From contig CAYLLH010000049.1 of the NCBI GenBank assembly GCA_964384785.1, positions 1-62,774 of the forward strand: 62,774 bases of DNA. Reading direction: 5' to 3'. The translations under genes and the position numbers were made by a program. Shown here piece by piece: positions 9,356 through 17,961 of the stretch (position 1 is its first letter; the number at the start of each line of letters is the position of its first letter). Source of the stretch: an uncultured Thermoplasmatales archaeon. GTDB lineage: Archaea; Thermoplasmatota; E2; DHVEG-1. The notes beneath the pieces were generated by a model. It was given only the letters and a program-made list of their open reading frames with translations. It did not search any database and had not been told where the DNA came from.

Positions 9356-9364
9356 AATTATTTT

Positions 9365-10159
9365 TTATTCCTCAAGTTTCCTATGAAACCTGAACTCCCC
9401 GTTATTTTGAGTTATATCTTCCTCAACTAATTGTATAACTCTTTTTAGTTCACTTTCAGCTATTTTATAATCTGGAGCTTTAACTGTTATCATATAATGA
9501 GGAGCTCCAACGTATTTAACTTCTATTTCAACATCATCATATTCACTTTTCTCAGCTTTCTTTAAAGCTTCTCTAATATGACCTATTCCATCGGGACGCC
9601 AGGATTGTACATCCATGTAACCTTTTATGTTAACAAATGGTATAGTTATATTTTCTTCAGCCATATTTACAAATGCTAAAGTCCATTCTCCTTCGAAACC
9701 ATCTCTTTCAAGAATTTTAGGATCATATGCTGTTTCTTCAAAAGCTGCATACAATGATCCATATTTTTCAATTAAATCATAACCAAATTCTTCATAACAT
9801 TGATCCACTGTTTTATTGAGTTGTTCAGCAAGTTGTTCCATAAGTTTTACTGCTTTCTGATTGTTTTTCCATTCCTGTATTTTATCTCTTTTCTGATGTT
9901 CATTCACTCGTTTCAAGGAAAGATCTATATGGCCTTTTTCAGCATCTACATCTGTAACTTTGCAGACTACTTTCTGTTTTTCTTTGATATGTCTTTTTAT
10001 TCTTTTTACCCATCCTGTAGCAATCTCAGCTATATGGATAAAACCCTCTTTATCATCGTACTCATCTAAAGTTACAAAAGCCCCGAAACTACGAACGTTT
10101 TTTACGGTTCCGACTACCAATTCTCCTTCTTCAGGATACTCTTTTTTCTTTATAGCCAT
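9365..10159 (-). CDS. eif2a: translation initiation factor aIF2 alpha subunit
   Basis: N-terminal S1 domain GELVVGTVKNVRSFGAFVTLDEY..GFIHIAEIATGWVKRIK, 264 aa, conserved operon context. Confidence 0.93.
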   Translation of the reverse strand: MAIKKKEYPEEGELVVGTVKNVRSFGAFVTLDEYDDKEGFIHIAEIATGWVKRIKRHIKEKQKVVCKVTDVDAEKGHIDLSLKRVNEHQKRDKIQEWKNNQKAVKLMEQLAEQLNKTVDQCYEEFGYDLIEKYGSLYAAFEETAYDPKILERDGFEGEWTLAFVNMAEENITIPFVNIKGYMDVQSWRPDGIGHIREALKKAEKSEYDDVEIEVKYVGAPHYMITVKAPDYKIAESELKRVIQLVEEDITQNNGEFRFHRKLEE

Positions 10160-10199
10160 AATTTTTTAAACCCATTTCAAGTTGAAAAAAATTTCTAAT

Positions 10200-10376
10200 T
10201 TATTCTATTACTTCTAAAATTTCTGCTTTAAGTTTTGCTAAACCGCCAGATGGTGTCGCAAGTTTACTTCCACAGATATGACATGATACCTCTGTAGATG
10301 CCTTATTGAATAAGACTTGTTCGTTTTCACAGTCTTTACATCTGACTTTTATAAATTTTGATTTTGTTACATCCAT
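10200..10376 (-). CDS. rps27e: 30S ribosomal protein S27e (58 aa; absent from the ORF track)
   Basis: My translation: [59 protein letters not shown]4 zinc ribbon CxxC..CxxC typical of eS27; lies between L44e and aIF2-alpha. Confidence 0.9.
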   Translation of the reverse strand: MDVTKSKFIKVRCKDCENEQVLFNKASTEVSCHICGSKLATPSGGLAKLKAEILEVIE

Positions 10377-10404
10377 TTTTAATGCTTCACCTTTTCATAT
10401 TATT

Positions 10405-10680
10405 TTATTCTACTTGTACTTTTTTAGCTCTTTGACTTGGAGGTTGATGACTTTTTTTACATTCTGTACATGTGTATTTTAGATATGCTCTTCGACTTGT
10501 TTTCTCCCGGCCCTCGGGTTTAGGTCTTGGAAATCCACGGTATCCTCTCATTACTCTTCTGAACCGTCTTTGTCCTTGTTTGAACTCACTAGCTTTTCTT
10601 TTTTTGATTTTAGATACTTCATGAGTTGTATGTTTTTTACAGTATGGACAATATCTTTTTAATTTACGTGGTCTTTGCAT
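10405..10680 (-). CDS. rpl44e: 50S ribosomal protein L44e (eL42)
   Basis: MQRPRKLKRYCPYCKKHTTHEV..YTCTECKK zinc-ribbon protein. I start at the internal ATG (10680). The 27 extra N-terminal residues in the ORF-track frame look like translated promoter DNA. Confidence 0.9.
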   Translation of the reverse strand: MQRPRKLKRYCPYCKKHTTHEVSKIKKRKASEFKQGQRRFRRVMRGYRGFPRPKPEGREKTSRRAYLKYTCTECKKSHQPPSQRAKKVQVE

Positions 10681-10818
10681 ATGATTCCTCTGTATTATAT
10701 TATAAGCTTTTAATTTAAAGTGAAATGGGTAAATAGGGAGGTAATATAAAAAGGTAAGCAAACCTTATTCCTATTGGTAAAAGTATTTTTTATTTTTTAA
10801 ATAATTTATGGATTTTAT

Positions 10819-11328
10819 CTATTTTTTGATTTTGATGTTTATATCTTTTTTTTCAACAGAAGTTATCCTTTTTATTTTGATATTTACGTTTTTCTCTGGT
10901 TTGAATTCATCAATAGGGACCTCAGGTGTATCACCGTTGACTTCGTAAATATAAAAACCTTTTTCTCCATCAATAGATGTTATGTACTGTTTACCATTTT
11001 TTTTCTTTATTTTGATACCAGGTATTTGTTTTAAACCATCAAAAAGTGTATTATTTTTTTCTATTTCAACTTCTTTTTCTTCGATAAATGACTCAAAAAT
11101 TTGGTCTATCTTAGAAATATCTGCATGTAAAAGATGAACATTTCCTATTTTTTCTTTTCTTACTAAACCTGCTTTTTCAAGAATTTTAACATGTTTTGAA
11201 ATAACCGGTTTAGAATAACCTATTTTTTTTGATAGTTTTGAAAGATGCATTTTTTCTTTCAAAAGAATCTTTAATATCATTATTCTTGTTTTGCTGCTTA
11301 AGGCTTTAAACAAAATAGTGTTATCCAT
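10819..11328 (-). CDS. ArsR-family winged-helix transcriptional regulator with C-terminal extension
   Basis: ALSSKTRIMILKILLKEKMHLSKLSKKIGYSKPVISKHVKILEKAGLV helix-turn-helix plus wing, then a roughly 90-aa beta-rich C-terminal part. Confidence 0.65.
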   Translation of the reverse strand: MDNTILFKALSSKTRIMILKILLKEKMHLSKLSKKIGYSKPVISKHVKILEKAGLVRKEKIGNVHLLHADISKIDQIFESFIEEKEVEIEKNNTLFDGLKQIPGIKIKKKNGKQYITSIDGEKGFYIYEVNGDTPEVPIDEFKPEKNVNIKIKRITSVEKKDINIKIKK

Positions 11329-11437
11329 CTAGATAACAAACAATAGGATGTTATACTTATTATTTTTTTCTGTAAATTAAAAAGTTTTTTTTGATTTAGT
11401 CAAAAAGATTTTTTCATTGTCTTTTGATGATTTTTTG

Positions 11438-12127
11438 TTAATCCTCGTAATCTATTTTTTCAGCAGCCTTACGTTTCTCTAACATATCTGCCATATCCTC
11501 TGGTATAGATAATACATCATCTTTTTTCAAAAAATATTTACATTTATCTGTACCCATAAACTCAGGCATATTCTTTATAACCCTGATAACTGGATTATCA
11601 TTACTTTCTCTTTCAGATGATTCTTCCTCTGAATCATTTTCTTCCTCTAATTCTTCTACTGGTTCTTCTTCAGTTTTTTGAGTTTCTTCCTCTTTTTTTT
11701 CCTCTTCGTGTGTATCATCCTGAGTTTCTTTGGTTTTTTTTTCAAAAAAATTATTTCTTTTTGTTTTAAGAATTTCAATGATTGAATCATAAATGTTTTT
11801 TTCCGATGGAAGTATGTTTTTTAAATCAGGGTCTCCGCCGCGTGCTTTGGTTACAGCTGCTAAAACTACTTTTTTTTCTCGGTGTTCGTAAATATTTAAA
11901 ATTATTTTTTTGTTGTTTTCAATTTCATTTTTTAAAAGATTGATTTTTGTTTCAGATTTTTCTTCTTTAAGGCGTTGTTTCATCGAATCCAAGTGTTCTT
12001 GTAGATCTTGATAAAAACCTGAGTAAAGCTGTGTTAGAAAAGGAGTTTTTTTCTCACTCTGTTGTATTTTTCTTAGTGTTCTATAGTTTATCTCTTCGTC
12101 ATCTTCCATGTTTCTAGAAAAAACCAA
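11438..12127 (-). CDS. GINS complex subunit (Gins51/Gins15-like)
   Basis: N-terminal helical domain (YRTLRKIQQSE..L..GFYQDLQEHL..IYEHREKKVVLAAV), acidic linker, small C-terminal beta domain. Immediately downstream of priS, a known archaeal arrangement. ATG at 12109 is an alternative start. Confidence 0.6.
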   Translation of the reverse strand: MVFSRNMEDDEEINYRTLRKIQQSEKKTPFLTQLYSGFYQDLQEHLDSMKQRLKEEKSETKINLLKNEIENNKKIILNIYEHREKKVVLAAVTKARGGDPDLKNILPSEKNIYDSIIEILKTKRNNFFEKKTKETQDDTHEEEKKEEETQKTEEEPVEELEEENDSEEESSERESNDNPVIRVIKNMPEFMGTDKCKYFLKKDDVLSIPEDMADMLEKRKAAEKIDYED

Positions 12128-12174
12128 ATCTGTAAGTATGTTAAATAAATTACGAGTCCTAAAAAACCCTTTTT

Positions 12175-13368
12175 TTATTCTTTTATATCCGCTATTTTTC
12201 TTCCCAGTAGAAAAACAGCTAGAAAAATAGGTATTTTTTGTTTACCTTTTTGTAAATCATATTTTTGGTTTTTTAGTATAATTTTATAGTCTTGTTTAAT
12301 TTCAACTTCTACTTTCTCATCAGTAAAAACCAATGTTTCAGTTAATGGATCGAAATCATCAAGTTCATCTAATTTTATTTTAGTTACTTTAAAACCTGTT
12401 TTACCATGCAGAGAATCTGGTAGACGGATTAGGCGTTTAACATCACATGTGACTGGTTCATCTGTTTCACCTGATACCATTGATACAGCTGTACGTCGAA
12501 GTGCGTTGTTTAGGAAAAATTTACGTATGGCTTTTGATTGATCGATTCTTCCTCTTTCTATTCTTTTGATTCTTTCCTCTGATAAATCTTTTATTAGTTT
12601 CTGGGCGTTTTCTTCTTTTACCCCGTATTCCATTAGTTTTTCTACAGGTTTATCGCTTTCTCTTATCTCATTGATTATATCTATTATTGCTTGGCTTATT
12701 CTTCCTTTCCAACCTGGTTCATCAGGTTTAGGCATTTCTAAGGATTTACCACTTGGATAAACCTTGTTTCCATATCTTTTTACACCTGTTGTGTGTTCAT
12801 AAAATATCATGTCATCTCGTATGTCTCGTCCGGTGATGTAGTCAACAATTTCTTTTCTTTCATTGCTATCCAAATCATAAACCATGGGGTCTTTTACATG
12901 GCAGTGATACCCTCGTCCTCCACTAAAGTATAGTTCTAGTTTTTTTTCATCAAAACCAAAATCTTTGATTAAAAAATCATCTACGAGTTTGTAAAATTCG
13001 TCTTTTACTTTTTCAAGTGATTCCTCATATGTTATGTTTTCTACACCTGGCAGGTGATCGCTGTCTAAATCAAATATCAGCTCTGCCCCCATCCAAGTTT
13101 TTTCTTTCATCGTGGGTGCATCAGGTGTTTGATAGTATGCTGTTGAGTAATAGGCATGAGCTGGATTTCTGTCCTGTAAAAAATCTATGTATTCTTGTTT
13201 TTTTTGAAAAGAAAGATGACGTAGCATGCCTTTACCGCCGAAGAAAACAAAGGCGAATTCTCTTTTAGGAAACCTGTCAGGTATTGACAACTTATTTTCT
13301 TTATAGTATTCGCCGAAACGGTTTTTTAAAAATTCTAGGTTTTTTCTTGTTTGATCGTATTGGTTCAT
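12175..13368 (-). CDS. priS: DNA primase small (catalytic) subunit PriS
   Basis: Catalytic motifs ELIFDLDSDH and YFSGGRGYHCHV, plus RLIRLPDSLHGKTG. Confidence 0.92.
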   Translation of the reverse strand: MNQYDQTRKNLEFLKNRFGEYYKENKLSIPDRFPKREFAFVFFGGKGMLRHLSFQKKQEYIDFLQDRNPAHAYYSTAYYQTPDAPTMKEKTWMGAELIFDLDSDHLPGVENITYEESLEKVKDEFYKLVDDFLIKDFGFDEKKLELYFSGGRGYHCHVKDPMVYDLDSNERKEIVDYITGRDIRDDMIFYEHTTGVKRYGNKVYPSGKSLEMPKPDEPGWKGRISQAIIDIINEIRESDKPVEKLMEYGVKEENAQKLIKDLSEERIKRIERGRIDQSKAIRKFFLNNALRRTAVSMVSGETDEPVTCDVKRLIRLPDSLHGKTGFKVTKIKLDELDDFDPLTETLVFTDEKVEVEIKQDYKIILKNQKYDLQKGKQKIPIFLAVFLLGRKIADIKE

Positions 13369-13506
13369 CTTTCTGTAAACAAGAAAATGTGATGTTTTTT
13401 ATATGTTTTATATTCTTTCCCAAAAAAAGTTTTTTTTATTTTGTAATTAAAATAGTTTTTTAGTATAAAGTTTTATCAACTACAAACAATTTACAATTTT
13501 CTTACT

Positions 13507-14685
13507 ATGGGAGATTTTATCGAAGATGAGTTGATGTCCTCATCAGTTATTAAAGATCTTGAGAAACTTGATTTTGATTATGTTCCAGAGGAGTTGCTGC
13601 ATCGTGAGAAACCGCTTCGTATGCTTGCTCAGATGTTTAAACCGCTTCTTTCAAATATATCACAAAATGTTCTGATTCAGGGTCCTGTTGGAACAGGTAA
13701 AACTGCTATGGCTAAAAAATTCTGTAAAAGACTAACAGAGATAGCTCGCAGGCAAGGACAAATCATAGAATATGTTCATATCAACTGTCGGAAACGTTCA
13801 ACGGATGCTATGGCCCTTCTGGGTGTTTTAAATCATTTTGATCCACGTTTCCCAGATCGTGGTTTCTCTGTGGATGAAATGCTACAAGTCTTGCGTAAAA
13901 ACCTTGAAAGAAAAAACGCGCAACTATTGCTTGTTCTTGATGAAGCTGATGCTCTTTTGAAAAAAAAGGATTCCAACTTGGTTTATGATCTAACACGTTT
14001 TTCAGATGATGCTACAACAAAAAAAATAAATGTTTCGCTGCTTCTTATATCTCAGAAGAATGTTTTAGAACTGCTAGATTCCTCTTCTCTTAGCACGTTT
14101 AAACGAAGTAATGTAATACATTTGGATAAATATCAAAGGGATGAACTTGCTGATATAATTACTCAGAGAGTAAAAATTGCTTTTCATAATGGAACAGTTG
14201 ACAATCAATGCATTGATTTGATTGCGGATATCGCATCAGAATGGGGTGATGCACGTTTTGCAATAGAACTTCTTTGGAAAGCAGGGATAGCAGCTGATAA
14301 TGAGCATACTGAGATGGTTACACCTGAACATGTGCGTGCTGCTAAAGCAGAAACATATTCAGTTGTAACTGAAACCAAACTAAGAAATCTTGAACGTCAT
14401 CAACTCTTAACACTTTATGCGATATCTAAAAGACTCAAAAAAGATCAAACTGCATATGTTAACACTGGTGAAGCCGAGGAAACCTATGCTGTGACATGTG
14501 AAGAATACAATGAGAAACCAAGGTCTCATACTATGTTCTGGAATTATCTTAAACAGGTGGAAAACGCTGGTTTTATTAATATAAAAAAATCAGGGAAAGG
14601 CCATCTGGGGACCACACAAATCATATCTCTACCGGATATACCCGCGGGTGTGGTCGGTGAAAAAGTAAGAGAAATACTAAAATAA
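13507..14685 (+). CDS. cdc6: Orc1/Cdc6 replication initiator (AAA+ plus winged helix)
   Basis: Walker A GPVGTGKTA, Walker B LVLDEAD, sensor region and C-terminal wHTH. Divergent from priS. Confidence 0.92.
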   Translation: MGDFIEDELMSSSVIKDLEKLDFDYVPEELLHREKPLRMLAQMFKPLLSNISQNVLIQGPVGTGKTAMAKKFCKRLTEIARRQGQIIEYVHINCRKRSTDAMALLGVLNHFDPRFPDRGFSVDEMLQVLRKNLERKNAQLLLVLDEADALLKKKDSNLVYDLTRFSDDATTKKINVSLLLISQKNVLELLDSSSLSTFKRSNVIHLDKYQRDELADIITQRVKIAFHNGTVDNQCIDLIADIASEWGDARFAIELLWKAGIAADNEHTEMVTPEHVRAAKAETYSVVTETKLRNLERHQLLTLYAISKRLKKDQTAYVNTGEAEETYAVTCEEYNEKPRSHTMFWNYLKQVENAGFINIKKSGKGHLGTTQIISLPDIPAGVVGEKVREILK

Positions 14686-14692
14686 AAAAAAC

Positions 14693-15382
14693 TCATAGTT
14701 TTTTCTCACATTTATCAGATATAGGGCAGTTTTTACAATCTGGTTTGGTTTTACAGAAATTTTTAGCAAGTTCAACAATAAGCGCATGAAACTCCTGATA
14801 GATTTCAACTAAATCATTTTCTGAAAAATTTTTTTCAAGATTATGTTCAAAAAAACTCTGTATATGGTTATAACTACATTCAGTGTTAAGAGGAATGCGT
14901 TTACATAGACGTTTAGTATACGCATCAACAACAAAAACAGGTTTACATCCAGCATACAACAAGATTGAATCAGCAGTCTCAGGACCAATCCCATTTAAAT
15001 CCAAAAGCTGTTTGCGAATAACATTTGTGTCTTGATTAAAAAATTTATCAAAGCTTCCATTATATTTTTCTTTAAAAAAATTTGCAGTAATTTTTAATCT
15101 TTTAGCTTTCTGATTAAAAAAACCAGAAGGTTTTATCATTTTTTTAAGATCAGTTTCATTTGTTTCAAGTAAATTTTTTAAATCCAAGGTTTTGTTCTCT
15201 TTAAGATTAAAAAGAGCTTTTTCAACATTAGACCAAGCAGTGTTCTGGGTAAGTATTGCTCCAATTATTATTTCAAATCGTGAATCACAGTTATTTTTTT
15301 TATGATATTTCCTGTCTATTGGCCACCAGTATTGATTCCCAAAATAACTTATTAGTGACAGGTAAATATCTTTTGGTTTCAT
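14693..15382 (-). CDS. endonuclease III-like HhH-GPD base-excision repair protein with Fe-S cluster loop
   Basis: HhH motif LLDLNGIGPETADSILLYA, followed later by a C-terminal CKTKPDCKNCPISDKC cysteine cluster. Confidence 0.75.
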   Translation of the reverse strand: MKPKDIYLSLISYFGNQYWWPIDRKYHKKNNCDSRFEIIIGAILTQNTAWSNVEKALFNLKENKTLDLKNLLETNETDLKKMIKPSGFFNQKAKRLKITANFFKEKYNGSFDKFFNQDTNVIRKQLLDLNGIGPETADSILLYAGCKPVFVVDAYTKRLCKRIPLNTECSYNHIQSFFEHNLEKNFSENDLVEIYQEFHALIVELAKNFCKTKPDCKNCPISDKCEKKL

Positions 15383-15513
15383 GGATTAAACTGTAATGTA
15401 TAATTTTTGTTATGTTTGAATTTTTTGGAAAAAAAATTTTGTTATTTTTTTTACAATAGTTTTTTTAACTCCCTGATGTTTACAAATACATAATCATTTG
15501 GTGAGAAATCATT

Positions 15514-15759
15514 ATGCACTCAGAAAGAAATAGTTATTTTGAAACGCTTGAAGAATATCAAAGAGCCGAAGCAATGTTTCATACAGAACTTATGAATGTT
15601 TGCCGAAAATATGTAACCAAACTTAATCTTGTTTCCCTGCTTGGTATTGTAGAGATAAGTAAAGATGAGATTCGTGAGCTTGACAAAGCTACTAAACGAA
15701 ATCTTGATAATGATTCTTATAATGCTTTTGAGGAATCAAGTGAAAATCAATATTTATAA
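15514..15759 (+). CDS. hypothetical small acidic protein
   Basis: 81-aa ORF with an ATG start in an otherwise empty interval. No motif recognised. Confidence 0.35.
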   Translation: MHSERNSYFETLEEYQRAEAMFHTELMNVCRKYVTKLNLVSLLGIVEISKDEIRELDKATKRNLDNDSYNAFEESSENQYL

Positions 15760-15841
15760 AAAAATATTTTTTTTAAAATTTTTTTATTTTCTTAATAGTA
15801 AACTACTAAAATAAAAAGAGTATTTCACCCAGTTATAAAAC

Positions 15842-15914
15842 GGGCCAGTGGTCTAGGGGTTATGACGTCGCGCTTACAACGCGGAGGTCGCCGGTTCAAT
15901 TCCGGCCTGGCCCA
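15842..15914 (+). tRNA. tRNA-Val (anticodon TAC)
   Basis: Acceptor GGGCCAG/CTGGCCC, anticodon stem TCGCG/CGCGG with loop CTTACAA (TAC), T-arm GCCGG-TTCAATT-CCGGC, discriminator A. Confidence 0.9.
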
Positions 15915-15977
15915 TCTGATTTTCTTGATAGATTCATGTTGATATTATTTATAAAAAAATCAATTTTATTATAAATT

Positions 15978-16023
15978 TCCTACAAACATAAAATAAATTT
16001 ACCTTTTTTAGAAGTTTGTAGGA
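15978..16023. repeat. 10-bp inverted repeat TCCTACAAAC / GTTTGTAGGA with 26-nt spacer
   Basis: Arms at 15978..15987 and 16014..16023, between tRNA-Val and the first UbiA-like gene. Confidence 0.6.
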
Positions 16024-16084
16024 TTTTTTTGGAGTGGGGCTTTATGTTGCTTTTATTAATTGTTAATTAGAGGCAAACAAGAGA

Positions 16085-17014
16085 ATGAATGAATGTGAAT
16101 GTACAAACATTTACAAAAAAGAGTATTTTCGCACACAAAATATAGTGGAAAATATATCTAAAGTCAAAGAAGTTCTTTTTAAAGAGTTTATTTATGGCGG
16201 GCATTGGCTTTCTTTAGGAGTTGCGACTTTTTCTGTAGCCTTAATGCTTTTGATTGGTGTGACGGTAAAAATTGAATTTTTATTGATTGTCTACTTTTTA
16301 AGCCAATCTGTCTATAATTATGATCATTTTAAATGGTTAAAGATTGATGCTATAGTCTACTCTAAGAGAAGTAATTATTTGAGTGGTCATTACAATTTTA
16401 TTCCTTTCATTATTTTATCTTACATGTCAATGTTTTTTTTATTATTGTTTATATCTGGGAACATTCTAAGTTTAATATTTGGTAGTTTCCTATTATTAAT
16501 CGGAATATTTTATACAAAATATTCAAAGAGATGGACAATGAAAATCCCTGGTTTTAAGAATTATTATACTTCAATTTCAGCATCTTTATTGGTTATTTTT
16601 ATTGCTTTATATTACTCGTATCCTTTAAATTTAGCAATATGGGTTCTTGTTTTATTTGTTTTTCTTTGTTTTTTAGTAAATACAAGCTTTTGTGATTTAA
16701 AAGATATAAAAGCTGATAAAAAACAAAATCTTAAAACGTTGCCTTTATACTTTGGAGAAAAAAAATTTTTATTAATTCTTCACATTCTTAATATCCTAAC
16801 CTTTTCAATATTAGCATATTCAATAATTATTGAAATTCTTCCTTTCTTTGCATCTATTTTACTAATTTTCTATTTTTACTGTTTTTATTATATTCAAAAA
16901 GCAAGATCATCAACAGCTGATCTTCAACTTTTATCAAGTTATATCGCTGATGGTGAATTTATTTTATGGCCAATTTTTTTAATTTTGGGAAACATGTTTA
17001 TTTTTACGTTTTAA
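16085..17014 (+). CDS. UbiA-superfamily prenyltransferase-like membrane protein, paralogue 1
   Basis: About 8 TM. Second Asp-rich motif CDLKDIKADKKQNLKTLP is canonical for UbiA enzymes. The first motif is degenerate (D-HFK-W-LKI-D where N/DxxxDxxxD is expected). Confidence 0.6.
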   Translation: MNECECTNIYKKEYFRTQNIVENISKVKEVLFKEFIYGGHWLSLGVATFSVALMLLIGVTVKIEFLLIVYFLSQSVYNYDHFKWLKIDAIVYSKRSNYLSGHYNFIPFIILSYMSMFFLLLFISGNILSLIFGSFLLLIGIFYTKYSKRWTMKIPGFKNYYTSISASLLVIFIALYYSYPLNLAIWVLVLFVFLCFLVNTSFCDLKDIKADKKQNLKTLPLYFGEKKFLLILHILNILTFSILAYSIIIEILPFFASILLIFYFYCFYYIQKARSSTADLQLLSSYIADGEFILWPIFLILGNMFIFTF

Positions 17015-17085
17015 ACCCAAAATCTATCCTTTCTTATAAATTAAATTAGTATTATTTAAATAAACCCAATCAATTAACCCATCAA

Positions 17086-17940
17086 ATGAAATATTCTGAT
17101 TTCATATGGAATGAATTTATATATGGGGATCATTGGATATCATTTGGATGTATATCAATATCTCTTTGTACTATGTTTCTTCTTAACGATTGTATTAGAT
17201 GGGAGTTTTTATTAATAATATATCTTGGAACAATAAGTATCTATAGATATAATCATTATAAGGAAATAAAATTTGATGAGAAGTCAAACACCGAAAGAAC
17301 AAATCATTTAAAAAAATATGAAAAAATATTGCCGTATACTATACTTATTTTTGCTTCTCTGTTTTTTGTTTTTTTAATATATTACGGAAATTTAAAAAGT
17401 ATAATTTTTGGTATTATATTATTGCTATTTGGCTTCTTTTTTACAGATGTTTTTAAAAAAGTAACATATAAAATAATAGGATTCAAGTCATTTTACACAT
17501 CATTTTTTCTTTCTCTTTTGATATTGTTTACCACAATTTACTATTCTCATCCAATAGACAAAATGGTAATATCTTTTGGGTTATTTTGTTTTTCTCGCTT
17601 TATTATAGGTACAAGTTATTGTGATATTAAAGATATGCAAGTTGATAAAAAAAATAATTTATTAACATTCCCTGTTATCTTTGGTCAAGAAAAATTTCTA
17701 ACCTTAATTCAAATTCTAAATTTAGCATCATTACTTTTTGCTTTGATTGCTATTTATTTTCAAATACTTCCTGTTTATTTGTTTCTAATAATTGGTTTTG
17801 CTTTTTGTTATAGTTTTTATTATATTGTAGTATCACGTGATAAAAATAATGTTTTTAGTTATTTGTCTGCTGTTGTTGTCGATGGTGAATTTATCTATTG
17901 GCCCTTAATTTTGCTAATAGGATTTTATATACTTGCATGA
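17086..17940 (+). CDS. UbiA-superfamily prenyltransferase-like membrane protein, paralogue 2
   Basis: Collinear with paralogue 1 (EFIYGDHWISFG, YCDIKDMQVDKKNNLLTFP, VDGEFIYWP). First motif is N-HYK-E-IKF-D. Confidence 0.6.
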   Translation: MKYSDFIWNEFIYGDHWISFGCISISLCTMFLLNDCIRWEFLLIIYLGTISIYRYNHYKEIKFDEKSNTERTNHLKKYEKILPYTILIFASLFFVFLIYYGNLKSIIFGIILLLFGFFFTDVFKKVTYKIIGFKSFYTSFFLSLLILFTTIYYSHPIDKMVISFGLFCFSRFIIGTSYCDIKDMQVDKKNNLLTFPVIFGQEKFLTLIQILNLASLLFALIAIYFQILPVYLFLIIGFAFCYSFYYIVVSRDKNNVFSYLSAVVVDGEFIYWPLILLIGFYILA

Positions 17941-17961
17941 TTAAAATTTTTGGAGATATTC

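Noticed and set aside
10681-10761. 27-codon N-terminal extension of the L44e ORF (MLTFLYYLPIYPFHFKLKAYNIIQRNH)
   Set aside because: L44e proteins start at about MxxPKxxxTYC. The extension is hydrophobic nonsense over the promoter region, so the internal ATG at 10680 was used.
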